DNA of 32,000 bases from Chondromyces crocatus. Lineage in GTDB: Bacteria; Myxococcota_A; Polyangia; Polyangiales; Polyangiaceae. Shown piece after piece: positions 1 through 8,417 of the stretch. The stretch spans positions 9,969,856 through 10,001,855 of the forward strand of contig NZ_CP012159.1 of the NCBI RefSeq assembly GCF_001189295.1. The letters are read 5' to 3'. Under the pieces are notes generated by a model. That model was not told the origin of the DNA. It saw only the letters and a program-made list of their open reading frames with translations, and did no database searches. Positions within the stretch are counted from its first letter, which is position 1. The number at the start of each line of letters is the position of its first letter. The position numbers and the translations under genes were made by a program.

Positions 1-187
1 TCGTCGCACCTCCCATGAAGGCAGAGCTACCGCGGAACGTGAAGCTCCCCTGATCCACCGAGAGGCAGCTCACAGGATGGATCGCTCAGCAGAGCGGAAA
101 AATCCGCCTCACGCTCCGAAACCAGCGAGTGACGAGCTCCTCCGACCGTCGAATCGGCATGATCCTGTCTAGCCACCCGCCGACTGG

Positions 188-595
188 ATGGCACAATCAC
201 CCGCGATGACGGGTGTCGACGAGATCAAAAAGCGCATCCTGGTCGTCGAAGACGAGCAGGACGTCGCGTTCATGATCGCCCGCTTTCTGGGCACCGAGTA
301 CGACGTGGCCGTGGCCATGAACGGCCAGCAAGGCCTGGAGATGGCCTTCGACGAGCCCCGACCGGAGCTCATCATCACCGATGTGATGATGCCCAAGCTC
401 GACGGCATCAGCATGGTGAAGCGCATCCGCGAGCGCGATCCCAACCGCAAGACCCCGGTCATCTTCCTGACCGCGAAATCGGCCCCCATGGACATCGTGG
501 CCGGCATCCAGGCCGGAGCGAAGCACTACATCACCAAGCCCTTCCAGTTCGACGAGCTGCGCAAGAAGGTGCGGAAGGTGCTCACCGGCAGGTAG
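188..595 (+). CDS. Single-domain CheY-like response regulator (receiver only)
   Basis: ATG at 188. ILVVEDE acidic pocket, 'LIITDVMMPKLDG' phospho-acceptor Asp context, 'VIFLTAKS' and 'YITKPF' (conserved Thr/Lys positions). 135 aa with no output domain. Confidence 0.9.
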   Translation: MAQSPAMTGVDEIKKRILVVEDEQDVAFMIARFLGTEYDVAVAMNGQQGLEMAFDEPRPELIITDVMMPKLDGISMVKRIRERDPNRKTPVIFLTAKSAPMDIVAGIQAGAKHYITKPFQFDELRKKVRKVLTGR

Positions 596-711
596 CCGTC
601 CCTGCACCTCCAGCGCGTACCCTCCGCATGGGTGGGGGTGGACTTGCAGCGACGTCCTCGCGCACCGCTGCACGCCACGCATCGTGGCCATGGAGATCGG
701 GAAGGTAGAGC

Positions 712-1917
712 ATGTCGCAGCGAGATCCGTCGCCCCAGGGGCCCCCGCACGCCGTCGCAGCACGACAGAAGCAGCTCGACGAGGGCTGGGCTCACTTCTT
801 CGAGGCCACGTCGGACCTCCTCATCTGCGCCGATCCTGCCGGTGTCTCCCTGGATCTCAGCGCGAGCTGGGAGCGCACGCTGGGCTTCACCCTCGACGAG
901 ATCCGCGCCCACCCACTCAGCCACTATGTGCATCCGGCGGATCGCGAGCACACGCTCGCAGAGTTCACCCGCCTCAATGCTGGTGGCACCTTCATCCCGT
1001 TCACCAACCGCTACCGCCGCAAGGACGGCACGTACGCCTCGATCGCCTGGAAGTCGTACGTACAGGTACAAGGCCTCGCTTACTGCCTCGCCCACGACGT
1101 CAGCGCCACCGAAGAGGCAGAGGCGGCACTACGCACCTCCCACGAACGCTTGCAGCACCTTCTCCACGCCAGTGGCGTCGTCCTCTACGCCTTCTCGCTC
1201 GACGAGGGCCGTCCCATGACCTTCATCAGCGAGAACGTGCGCGAGCAGTTCGGCTACGCCGCCGAGGATTTCATCCGCGACCCCCGCTTCTGGCACGACC
1301 GCATCCACCCCGACGACCGCGAAGGCACCCTCGCCGCGGGCGAGCAGCTCTCCAGAGGGGGCGCTTACCACCGCGAGTACCGGTGGCTGCACAAGGATGG
1401 CAGCTACCGCTGGATCCACGATGAAGCCAGGCTTGGACGCGCCGCCGAAGGGGGCCCACCCGAGGCCTACGGGAGCCTGCACGACATCACCGAGCGCAAG
1501 GAATCGGAGCGCACCATCCAGCAGCAGGCCACCACCCTGCTCGAGCTGTCCACGCCCCTCATCCCCATCAGCGACGAGATCCTGGTCATGCCCCTCATCG
1601 GCGTGGTCGACAGCCGGCGGGCGGAGCAGGTGATGACCACGCTCCTCGAAGGCATCGGCGAACGCAGGGTCCACTGGGTCATCCTCGACATCACGGGGGT
1701 CGGCGTCATCGACACCCTGGTCGCCGACGCCCTGCTCCGCACCGCCCGCGCGGCGCGGCTCCTCGGCGTCGACGTCGCGCTCACCGGCATCCGCCCCGAC
1801 GTCGCCTCGACGCTGGTCACGCTGGACGTCGACATGAGCCACCTGCTGACCTTCGGAACCCTCCAGGCCGGGATCCAGCACGCCATGCGTTGCGCGGCGA
1901 GACCCCCGGCGCGCTGA
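712..1917 (+). CDS. PAS-PAS-STAS sensor protein with an RsbR-type (stressosome-like) C-terminal STAS domain
   Basis: ATG at 712 with GGAAGG upstream. Two PAS-like modules (..YRRKDGTY.. and ..EYRWLHKDGSYRWIHDEA..). The C-terminus 'ELSTPLIPISDEILVMPLIGVVDSRRAEQVM...WVILDITGVGVIDTLVADALL...LTGIRPDVASTLV' closely resembles the B. subtilis RsbR STAS region as I recall it (ELSTPVIP...IDITGVPVVDTMVA...GIRPEIAQT). Confidence 0.85.
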   Translation: MSQRDPSPQGPPHAVAARQKQLDEGWAHFFEATSDLLICADPAGVSLDLSASWERTLGFTLDEIRAHPLSHYVHPADREHTLAEFTRLNAGGTFIPFTNRYRRKDGTYASIAWKSYVQVQGLAYCLAHDVSATEEAEAALRTSHERLQHLLHASGVVLYAFSLDEGRPMTFISENVREQFGYAAEDFIRDPRFWHDRIHPDDREGTLAAGEQLSRGGAYHREYRWLHKDGSYRWIHDEARLGRAAEGGPPEAYGSLHDITERKESERTIQQQATTLLELSTPLIPISDEILVMPLIGVVDSRRAEQVMTTLLEGIGERRVHWVILDITGVGVIDTLVADALLRTARAARLLGVDVALTGIRPDVASTLVTLDVDMSHLLTFGTLQAGIQHAMRCAARPPAR

Positions 1918-1945
1918 GTCCGGGGCCTCGCCACGCCCGTGGCGT

Positions 1946-2581
1946 TCAGCGCTGCGGGCGCGCCTTCACCGGCGCAGAGCGGTAGACGGGCGCCCGGGTC
2001 GCCGGCGAAGGACGAGACGGCGTGCGCGCCGCTGGCGCCTGGTAACGAGGAGTCGGACGCGCCGGGGCCTGATAACGAGGAGTCGGACGCGCCGGGGCCT
2101 GATAACGAGGGGCCGGACGCGCTGGCGCGTGATACCCGACGCTGGACCCCCGATAGACATAGCCCGGGTGGTAATGTCCCCGGTGCGACGTCCCGTAGTA
2201 CCGGCCGTAATAGCCCGGCGTCCCCACCCACGCGGTGCGCTGACGGTACAGCATCGGCGGCTCGTGCCGGTAGTACGCCCAGCGCCCCCCGTAGGGGTAG
2301 TACCAGTGGCCGTTCACCCAGTACACGTTGGTCCCGCCATAGACGACGGTCGGGGACGCATAGATGTCGGCCGGCACCGTGTCGACGTAGGCGACGTCCC
2401 CGTCGCTGTACACGTAGCCCCCGGTGCTCGCCACGTAGACCGGCTCTGGTCCCACCGTCGCCACACACCCCGTGCCCACGAGCGCAACGACGATGCCCAC
2501 AGCCCCGACGAGGACCCCTCGAAGCCAGCGACCAGCATCGACGCCAGCGCGCGCGGGGGTGAGTTGGATGGTCTCCGACAT
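1946..2581 (-). CDS. Tyr/Trp-rich WXXGXW-repeat membrane-anchored (possibly lipo-) protein with a Pro-rich decapeptide-repeat tail
   Basis: I place the start at the internal ATG (2579-2581, MSETIQL) preceded by AGAGAGG. The longer ORF to 2782 has a non-coding-looking N-terminus. Hydrophobic anchor 'VLVGAVGIVVALVGTGC', 'YWVNGHWYYPYGGRWAYY' (WXXGXW motif), then YQAPARPTPR x3. Confidence 0.6.
   Translation of the reverse strand: MSETIQLTPARAGVDAGRWLRGVLVGAVGIVVALVGTGCVATVGPEPVYVASTGGYVYSDGDVAYVDTVPADIYASPTVVYGGTNVYWVNGHWYYPYGGRWAYYRHEPPMLYRQRTAWVGTPGYYGRYYGTSHRGHYHPGYVYRGSSVGYHAPARPAPRYQAPARPTPRYQAPARPTPRYQAPAARTPSRPSPATRAPVYRSAPVKARPQR
2011..2130 (-). repeat. 30-bp in-frame tandem repeat (about 3-4 copies) encoding the (A/T)PRYQAPARP decapeptide
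   Basis: Units 2041-2070, 2071-2100 (near identical) and 2101-2130, with a degenerate copy at 2011-2040. The unit length is a multiple of 3 and lies inside CDS 1946-2581. Confidence 0.8.
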
Positions 2582-2953
2582 GATGGCCTCTCTTTCAGTG
2601 GCAGCGCTGGACCAACGTAGTGACTCCACGACATTCATCCAGGGCGCCTTGCCTTCTGGGACAATGCAACTCCAGTGCCCACACGAAAAACCTGCGGAAA
2701 CAGGAGGAGAAATCTCCGTTCTTCGGTCATTTCGGGCGCCGCCTCCTCCACACGCTGACGTGGTCGGCCGACCCGGCGTCATCCCTCGTTCACAGCTCTC
2801 CAGCAGCGGCTACTGTGCCGTGGTCGCCCGCGGAGCGCAGACCGCACCCTGATCGGGGCATTGCGCCCCGCAATGGCCGAAGAAACGCAAGGTTTCGGAG
2901 GATGACGTCGACGCGCGGGGCCACCAGGAAGCCCAGTGGCGTACCTCGCGCGT

Positions 2954-4108
2954 TCAGCTCTCCGCTCGAGCCGAGAGCTGCGCGATCAGTCGCCGCAGGA
3001 AGGCCTCGCCCGCATCGAGCTGCTCCAGGGTGATGTACTCGTTCGGCTGATGCGCCTGGTCGATCGAGCCAGGCCCGCAGACCACGGCAGGGATCCCGGC
3101 CTCCTGGAAGAGCCCCGCTTCCGTGGCGAAGGGAACGCGCCCCGTGGTGTTGCTCCCGGTCAAGGCCAGCGCCAGCGCGACGGCAGGACTCCCGGGTTCA
3201 TCGCGCAGAGGAGGGGCGCCGAGCAGGGCCTCGGTGGTGATCGCCACCTCGGGAGCGACCCGTCGCATCTCCGGGAGCAGCGACACCTCGGCGTAGTCGG
3301 TGAGGGCCGAAGCGATGGCCGCGGCATCGTCTCCGGGGAGCGTGCGGACGTCCCACCACAGCTCGCAGTGCCGGGCGATGATGTTGATCGCGGTGCCACC
3401 GTGGACCTTCCCCACGTGGATGGTCGTGCAAGGGGGCTCGAAGCCAGAGTCCTTCGGTGCCGAGGCCATGCGCTCACGGGCGCGGTCGTCCAGCCAGGTG
3501 ATCAGCCGGGCAGCGGTGCTGACGGCGCTGACACCGCGATGGGTCTGGCTGGAGTGGGCTTCGTGGCCCGTGACCACCGTGCGGTACACGGCGATGCCCT
3601 TGTGGGCCGTCGCCACCTGCATCCCGGTGGGTTCGCCGACGATGACCGCCGCGGGGCGCGGAACGCGCGCAGAAATCTCACGGATCATGCGCGGGGCCCC
3701 CTGACAGCCCACCTCCTCGTCGTAGGAGAACGCCAGATGGACGGGGCGCTTCAGCGCCTTCATCTCGGGGACGAGCGCGAGGGCGAGCGCGATGAACGCC
3801 TTCATGTCGACCGCGCCCCGCCCGTGCAAACGGCCGCCGCGCTCGACGAGCGTGAAGGGGTCGGTGTCCCAGGGTTGACCGTCGACGGGCACGACGTCGG
3901 TGTGGCCGGAGAGCACGATGCCGCCAGGAACCGCTGGCCCCACGGTCGCGTAGAGGTTGGCCTTGGTGCCGTCGTCGTTCGGGACCCGCACGCAGGAGAT
4001 CCCGTGTCCGCGCAGCAGATCCTCGACGAAGTCGAGCAGAGGAAGGTTCGAGTCACGCGAGACGGTCGGGAAACGGACCAGGTGCGCCAGGATCTCGCGA
4101 GGGGTCAT
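2954..4108 (-). CDS. argE: Acetylornithine deacetylase (M20 peptidase family, ArgE type)
   Basis: 'LVRFPTVSRDSNL', 'KANLYATVGP', 'LSGHTDVVPVDGQPWDTDPF', 'GRLHGRGAVDMKAF', 'SYDEEVGC'. ATG at 4108 with GGAGAG upstream. The ORF track start at 4123 is an upstream GTG. Confidence 0.85.
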   Translation of the reverse strand: MTPREILAHLVRFPTVSRDSNLPLLDFVEDLLRGHGISCVRVPNDDGTKANLYATVGPAVPGGIVLSGHTDVVPVDGQPWDTDPFTLVERGGRLHGRGAVDMKAFIALALALVPEMKALKRPVHLAFSYDEEVGCQGAPRMIREISARVPRPAAVIVGEPTGMQVATAHKGIAVYRTVVTGHEAHSSQTHRGVSAVSTAARLITWLDDRARERMASAPKDSGFEPPCTTIHVGKVHGGTAINIIARHCELWWDVRTLPGDDAAAIASALTDYAEVSLLPEMRRVAPEVAITTEALLGAPPLRDEPGSPAVALALALTGSNTTGRVPFATEAGLFQEAGIPAVVCGPGSIDQAHQPNEYITLEQLDAGEAFLRRLIAQLSARAES

Positions 4109-4242
4109 GGCTCTCCGTGCCACAGGCGCGCGGTCGATGCACGGAGCACGTGAACCTGCCGACGACGGGCTCTACGAGCCACACGCAGACGCCGTGGAGC
4201 GCCATCGACGGAGCCCCGAGCGCCTGAACCCCGGGGCCGAGC

Positions 4243-5268
4243 TCAGCGCGTCCTGCGAGCCACCCTACCCCGGTCGAGGCGCGCTGCCTCCAGCACCTCG
4301 GGATCGGGGTCGACCACCGCGACGCTCAGCTTGGGGGGTGCGGCCTTCCGCGCTCGCGCAGCGGCGTCGGAGGCGCGCTTGCCGTCCTCGGCTGCCTCCA
4401 CCCACGGCTGGGTCACCCGGGCGGGCCGGATGAGCGGCATGGAAGGGCGTGGTCCCGCCGTGGCCTGCCGAGCTTCCAGATCCGCGATCTCCTGGAGGCT
4501 CTGTCGGCTGATGCTACCCAGCTCGAAACGGACGGCATCCGGCGCGGAGCCAGGTCGCGCAAGCTCACGGATCTCGGCCTCGATGGCGACCAGTGTCTCC
4601 CTGCCCACGGCCGCGCTCGACACACGGACATCCGGCAGCGAGTCCCGGACGATGCCCATCTCCCGCTCCACGGCCGCGAGGCTCTCGCGCCCGAGCGTGG
4701 CCTCACCGATGCGAATGTCGAGCATGGAGACCTCGGCGGGGAGGCGCGGCAGCGTCTGTCGCGGCCCTCGCGGCGACGTCACAGGGGATGCAGGCACGGG
4801 AAACGTCGGGATGCGCGGCAACGACGCGGCGCGCGCCCGCGATCGCGGCGGCGTCCCCGAGGCGAGCGAGGCCAGCCCGGCCACGGCGCTGCGCTTGCGG
4901 ATGGGCGGCTTCGAGGGCGCCTCCAGCTGGCCGAGGCCTGCTTCGAGCGCAGCGAACACCCCCTCGCGGGCGGCCCAGGTGGGCATCACCACGCAGAGGA
5001 CCCGATCGCCCGTCGCGAGCGCGAAGTAGACCTCGATGGGCGCCGCGCCACCGTACGGCACGAGGTCCTCCCGCGGCAGCTCCAGGTGTCCGATCCGGGC
5101 CTCCTGGCTCAGCGCGAGCGCAGCCTTCGTGATCCGGTCGCGTCCTTCGCGCGGCATGTCCCTGGGGGCATGGCGGGTGAGGAGGCGACCACTCCGGTTC
5201 AGAACGAAGGCAAAGTCAGCGCCCGCGGCCACGTAGGCCGCGTCCGAGATCGTGTCGAGGTCCGGCAC
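4243..5268 (-). CDS. Hypothetical protein with a possible Roadblock/LC7-like N-terminal fold, a Pro/Arg-rich linker and three ~25-aa repeats
   Basis: GTG start at 5268 with AAGGTG upstream, and high GC3 throughout. The N-terminal ~115 aa alternate beta/alpha like MglB/Roadblock (weak, by eye). Repeats are 'IRIGEATLGRESLAAVEREM', 'VRVSSAAVGRETLVAIEAEI' and 'VRFELGSISRQSLQEIADLE'. Confidence 0.6.
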   Translation of the reverse strand: MPDLDTISDAAYVAAGADFAFVLNRSGRLLTRHAPRDMPREGRDRITKAALALSQEARIGHLELPREDLVPYGGAAPIEVYFALATGDRVLCVVMPTWAAREGVFAALEAGLGQLEAPSKPPIRKRSAVAGLASLASGTPPRSRARAASLPRIPTFPVPASPVTSPRGPRQTLPRLPAEVSMLDIRIGEATLGRESLAAVEREMGIVRDSLPDVRVSSAAVGRETLVAIEAEIRELARPGSAPDAVRFELGSISRQSLQEIADLEARQATAGPRPSMPLIRPARVTQPWVEAAEDGKRASDAAARARKAAPPKLSVAVVDPDPEVLEAARLDRGRVARRTR

Positions 5269-5418
5269 AGTGGCACCTTATATCCTCTTCTGGGAAGGGG
5301 TGGGGACGGATCCTTGCGACGCGCCGTGGCGCTGTCCCGGCAGGCCTTTCGCCGGCTAGGATGCCCGAATCCGGGCATCTTTCTGGACTGGACGCCCTTG
5401 CGCCGAGGAGAAGTTTTC

Positions 5419-7515
5419 ATGCGTCGACTGCGTTGGCTTGGCTCGGGGGTGACGGTGTTCTTGGCCCTGCCCGGGGTGGCGCTCGCCGCGCCGTCGGTGA
5501 TGGGTGGCGCCCCCGAGCTGGGGAACTGGACGAACGGGGCCGGGCTCCCCCTGCACGATGACGGCCTCGCCGGCGATGCGGTGGCTGGGGACGGCATCTT
5601 CAGCGCCACGGTGACCTTCGCGGCCACGGGACAGGTCGAATACAAGATCTCCCGTAACGGCAACGATCTGAGCGATGGCGGCCTCGGAACCTCGGGCAAC
5701 CAGAACCTGAAGTTCACGCTCGGGGGCGCAGGCCCGTACGTGGTGACGTTCCACTACGACACCCGGGACCTCGGCGCGCACGGCTTCGCGCCCGCCACGG
5801 AGTCGTCCTCGAACACCTGGCTGGGCACGAGGACGGCATCGGGAACGAACCAGGCCTGGGTGGCCGTCGGCCCCTGGCAAGCGATGCTGGGGGACACCGC
5901 CTGGAACCCGGCCTCGACGATCACCGTCGCCCGCGATGACGGCACGCACGGCGACCGGGTGGCCGGGGACGGGATCTACACGTACCGCTTCGTCGCCCCC
6001 GCGGCGCTGAACGGCGCGCTGTTCAAGTTCGCAGCGCAAGGACCATGGGGCACCAAGCTCGGCACGAACGGGTGGAGTTTCGATCCGGAAGACTCGTCGA
6101 ACGGAGAGATCAACGCGGCGGCCGGGGAACTCGTCACCCTCGAGCTGGACGCGCTGCATGGTCGAGTGCGCGCGCGCGTGTCACGCCCTGCGAAGCTACT
6201 GCTGACGGAGGTGGTGACCGCTCCGACGCCAGGAGAGTTCATCGAGATCCACAACCCGAACAGCGCACCGGTGGACCTCGGGGACTACTACCTGGCGGAT
6301 CACGCCGGGTACTACCAGGTGGTGCTCGCAAGCCCGCCGGCCCCGGACAGCTCCGATTTCGTCGTGCGCTTCCCGGCAGGCGCCATCATCCCGCCTGGCG
6401 CGGTGCAGACGATTGCGCTGAGCGGCGCCGAGTGTTTCCGCGTCGGCTGTGGCCACGCCTCATTCTCCGGCTGGGGCGTGGCGCCGACCTACGAGATCCC
6501 CACGAATGGAACGTACGGAGCCGGGCTCCCCATCTCCTTGCCTGGCGTCCCCGACATGGTGGCCCCCTTCTCTGGCGCCATCGGCGCGTCGCGCGGCCTG
6601 AGGGACGAGGGTGAACCCGTGGTGCTGTTCACGTGGAACGGCGTGAGCGACCTCGTGGAGGACGTGGACTACGTCTACGTCGGGGTGTCGTCTCCCCTGG
6701 ACCCTCCGGTCAACAAGACGGGGGTGTCCATCGACGGGCCCGATGAAGGAATGACGGCCAGCACCTACCTGAACGACACCCCCGGGAACGACGCGCGAAA
6801 TGCAGTCTTCGGAGCGGTGTTCAACACCTGCCGCGTCGAGCCCGACCAGGGACTGCAATCGACCCCGGGCAACGGCGTGACAGGCGAAGATGAGACGAGC
6901 GAGGACGCCACGATGTCGTGGGCAGCCTGCACCACGGCGTCGCCAGGCTCGCTGGACCAGGGCGGCTCGGGTGGAAGCGGCGGCATGGGCGGCGCTGGCG
7001 GCGCTGGCGGCTCTGGCGGCGGCATGGGCGGCTCGGGTGGAAGCGGCGGCATGGGCGGCTCGGGTGGAAGCGGCGGCATGGGCGGCGGCGCAGGAGGGAG
7101 CGGTGGTGCCGGAGGCGGGATGAGCGGCTCTGGCGGAGGCGGTGGCGCTGGCGCTGACGGTGGCATGGGCGGCTCTGGCGGTGGCATGGGCGGCTCTGGA
7201 GGAAGTGGAGGGATGGGCGGCGGCACCGGAGGAGCCGGTGGAGCCGGAGGCGCTGGAGGGAACGGCAGCGGAGCCGGAGGCTCGGGCGGCCAGGGCGGCG
7301 ACGCCGGAGCCGGTGGAGCCGGCGGCATGAGCGGGACCACCACCTCCAGCAGCAGCTCGGGCGCATTCACCGGCTCGGGTGGCTCGGGAGGCGGCTTCGA
7401 GGACGACGGCTGCAGCTGCAGCGTCGCCGGCTCCACGTCCCAGGAGCCTGCCAAGGCGCCCTGGCTCGCGCTCCTCGCAGGCGTGGTCACGCTGGGCCGA
7501 CGACGACGGCGCTGA
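5419..7515 (+). CDS. Secreted protein: signal peptide, two CBM-like beta-sandwich modules, lamin-tail domain (LTD), Gly-rich linker and MYXO-CTERM-type sorting tail
   Basis: I place the start at ATG 5419 (MRRLRWLGSGVTVFLALPGVALA) with AGGAGAAG 6 nt upstream. The 5086 start adds a junk-like N-terminus. 'ELGNW..DDGLAGDAVAGDGIFS' and 'DDGTHGDRVAGDGIYTY' modules. LTD 'LLLTEVVTAPTPGEFIEIHNPNSAPVDLGDYYLAD'. C-terminus 'DDGCSCSVAG...APWLALLAGVVTLGRRRRR'. Confidence 0.8.
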   Translation: MRRLRWLGSGVTVFLALPGVALAAPSVMGGAPELGNWTNGAGLPLHDDGLAGDAVAGDGIFSATVTFAATGQVEYKISRNGNDLSDGGLGTSGNQNLKFTLGGAGPYVVTFHYDTRDLGAHGFAPATESSSNTWLGTRTASGTNQAWVAVGPWQAMLGDTAWNPASTITVARDDGTHGDRVAGDGIYTYRFVAPAALNGALFKFAAQGPWGTKLGTNGWSFDPEDSSNGEINAAAGELVTLELDALHGRVRARVSRPAKLLLTEVVTAPTPGEFIEIHNPNSAPVDLGDYYLADHAGYYQVVLASPPAPDSSDFVVRFPAGAIIPPGAVQTIALSGAECFRVGCGHASFSGWGVAPTYEIPTNGTYGAGLPISLPGVPDMVAPFSGAIGASRGLRDEGEPVVLFTWNGVSDLVEDVDYVYVGVSSPLDPPVNKTGVSIDGPDEGMTASTYLNDTPGNDARNAVFGAVFNTCRVEPDQGLQSTPGNGVTGEDETSEDATMSWAACTTASPGSLDQGGSGGSGGMGGAGGAGGSGGGMGGSGGSGGMGGSGGSGGMGGGAGGSGGAGGGMSGSGGGGGAGADGGMGGSGGGMGGSGGSGGMGGGTGGAGGAGGAGGNGSGAGGSGGQGGDAGAGGAGGMSGTTTSSSSSGAFTGSGGSGGGFEDDGCSCSVAGSTSQEPAKAPWLALLAGVVTLGRRRRR
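6961..7395 (+). repeat. Gly-rich low-complexity coding repeat (GGSGGMGG-type, with 27-bp sub-repeats)
   Basis: Reiterated ggcatgggcggctcgggtggaagcggc units. The translated linker is GGSGGSGGMGGAGG..., and the antisense frames give the spurious poly-Pro ORFs in the track. Confidence 0.8.
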
Positions 7516-7601
7516 AGCGACCCTTCGCAAAGGCCACGCTCGCGATGGACAGGGCGCGACAGGCGCCCAGCTCGTCAGAGCGTGGCGTGAGAGCGCGGAG
7601 A

Positions 7602-8216
7602 TCAGGGCTTGTCGATCCAGCGCCCCAGCTCGGGCACCTCGACGCGGCTCATCTGCTCGAGGAGGTCGGCCGGATCCGACGAAGAGACGACGAGCCCCCG
7701 GTGGGCCTCCCGGATGAAGCCCTCGGTCACCGCGTGGTCCACGAACGCGAGCAGCTTGTCGTAGTACCCTCCCACGTTCAGCAGCCCCACCGGCTTCAGG
7801 TGGTAGTTGAGCTGCGCCCAGGTGGTGACCTCGAAGGTCTCTTCCAGCGTGCCCCACCCGCCCGGCATCGCGATGAAGCCGTCCGACAGATAGGCCATCA
7901 TCGTCTTGCGCGCATGCATGCTGTCGACGACGAAGAGTTCGGTCAGGCCGAGGTGCGCGAGTTCCCGTGCGCGAAGCTTCTCGGGGATGATGCCGATCAC
8001 CTCACCCCCCGCGGCGAGAGCCCCATCTGCGACCGCGCCCATCAGGCCGACGCGACCGCCGCCGTAGACGAGCCCGATGCCACGGCCCGCGAGAAAAGCC
8101 CCCAGCCCACGCGCGGCCTCCTCGTACTCGGGGCGCACCCCGACGCTGGAGCCACAGTAAACGCAGAGGCGACGAAATCGATGCAGCGCACGGCCGGGAT
8201 CCTGGTTGCCAGTCAT
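7602..8216 (-). CDS. LOG-family nucleotide 5'-monophosphate nucleosidase (TIGR00730 'lysine decarboxylase-like')
   Basis: I place the start at ATG 8214-8216 (MTGNQDPG). 'VYCGSS', 'LVYGGGRVGLMG' and 'MPGGWGTLEE' LOG signature motifs. Confidence 0.9.
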   Translation of the reverse strand: MTGNQDPGRALHRFRRLCVYCGSSVGVRPEYEEAARGLGAFLAGRGIGLVYGGGRVGLMGAVADGALAAGGEVIGIIPEKLRARELAHLGLTELFVVDSMHARKTMMAYLSDGFIAMPGGWGTLEETFEVTTWAQLNYHLKPVGLLNVGGYYDKLLAFVDHAVTEGFIREAHRGLVVSSSDPADLLEQMSRVEVPELGRWIDKP

Positions 8217-8265
8217 GGCGCGGACTCTAGCGAGGGCCTCGCCGTACGCAACGCTCCTGGTGCGT

Positions 8266-8360
8266 CGAGCCGCTCGACGCTCCCCACCGCCTCTCGAGCC
8301 GCTCGACGCTCCCCACCGCCTCTCGAGCCGCTCGACGCTCCCCACCGCCTCTCGAGCTGC
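8266..8360. repeat. 29-bp tandem repeat, 3 full copies plus a partial, each carrying the 13-bp palindrome TCGAGCCGCTCGA
   Basis: Units start at 8266, 8295 and 8324 (identical: cgagccgctcgacgctccccaccgcctct), with a partial copy at 8353. It is intergenic, between the stop of the 8418-9497 gene and the LOG start. The unit length is not a multiple of 3. Confidence 0.9.
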
Positions 8361-8417
8361 GGGCTCACCTCGAGCAACCCTCCCCTGGACACGCCGCCGC
8401 ACACGGCCGCCGCAACG

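Noticed and set aside
1-187. Possible 3' end of an upstream plus-strand gene (frame ending at TGA ~51-53)
   Set aside because: Too short to evaluate and no motif is present. Left unannotated.
5270-5286. Sigma-54-type promoter (TGGCAC cttat atcc)
   Set aside because: The -24 TGGCAC is present, but the -12 element (TTGC) is absent at the required spacing.
5086-5418. N-terminal extensions of ORF-track models (5086 for the LTD protein; likewise 2782, 8402, 12938, 13714, 18858, 20395, 23800, 17505, 12053)
   Set aside because: In each case an internal start with an RBS and/or a signal peptide or family-typical N-terminus gives a better model. The upstream extension is Arg/Pro-rich or overlaps the neighbouring gene or spacer.
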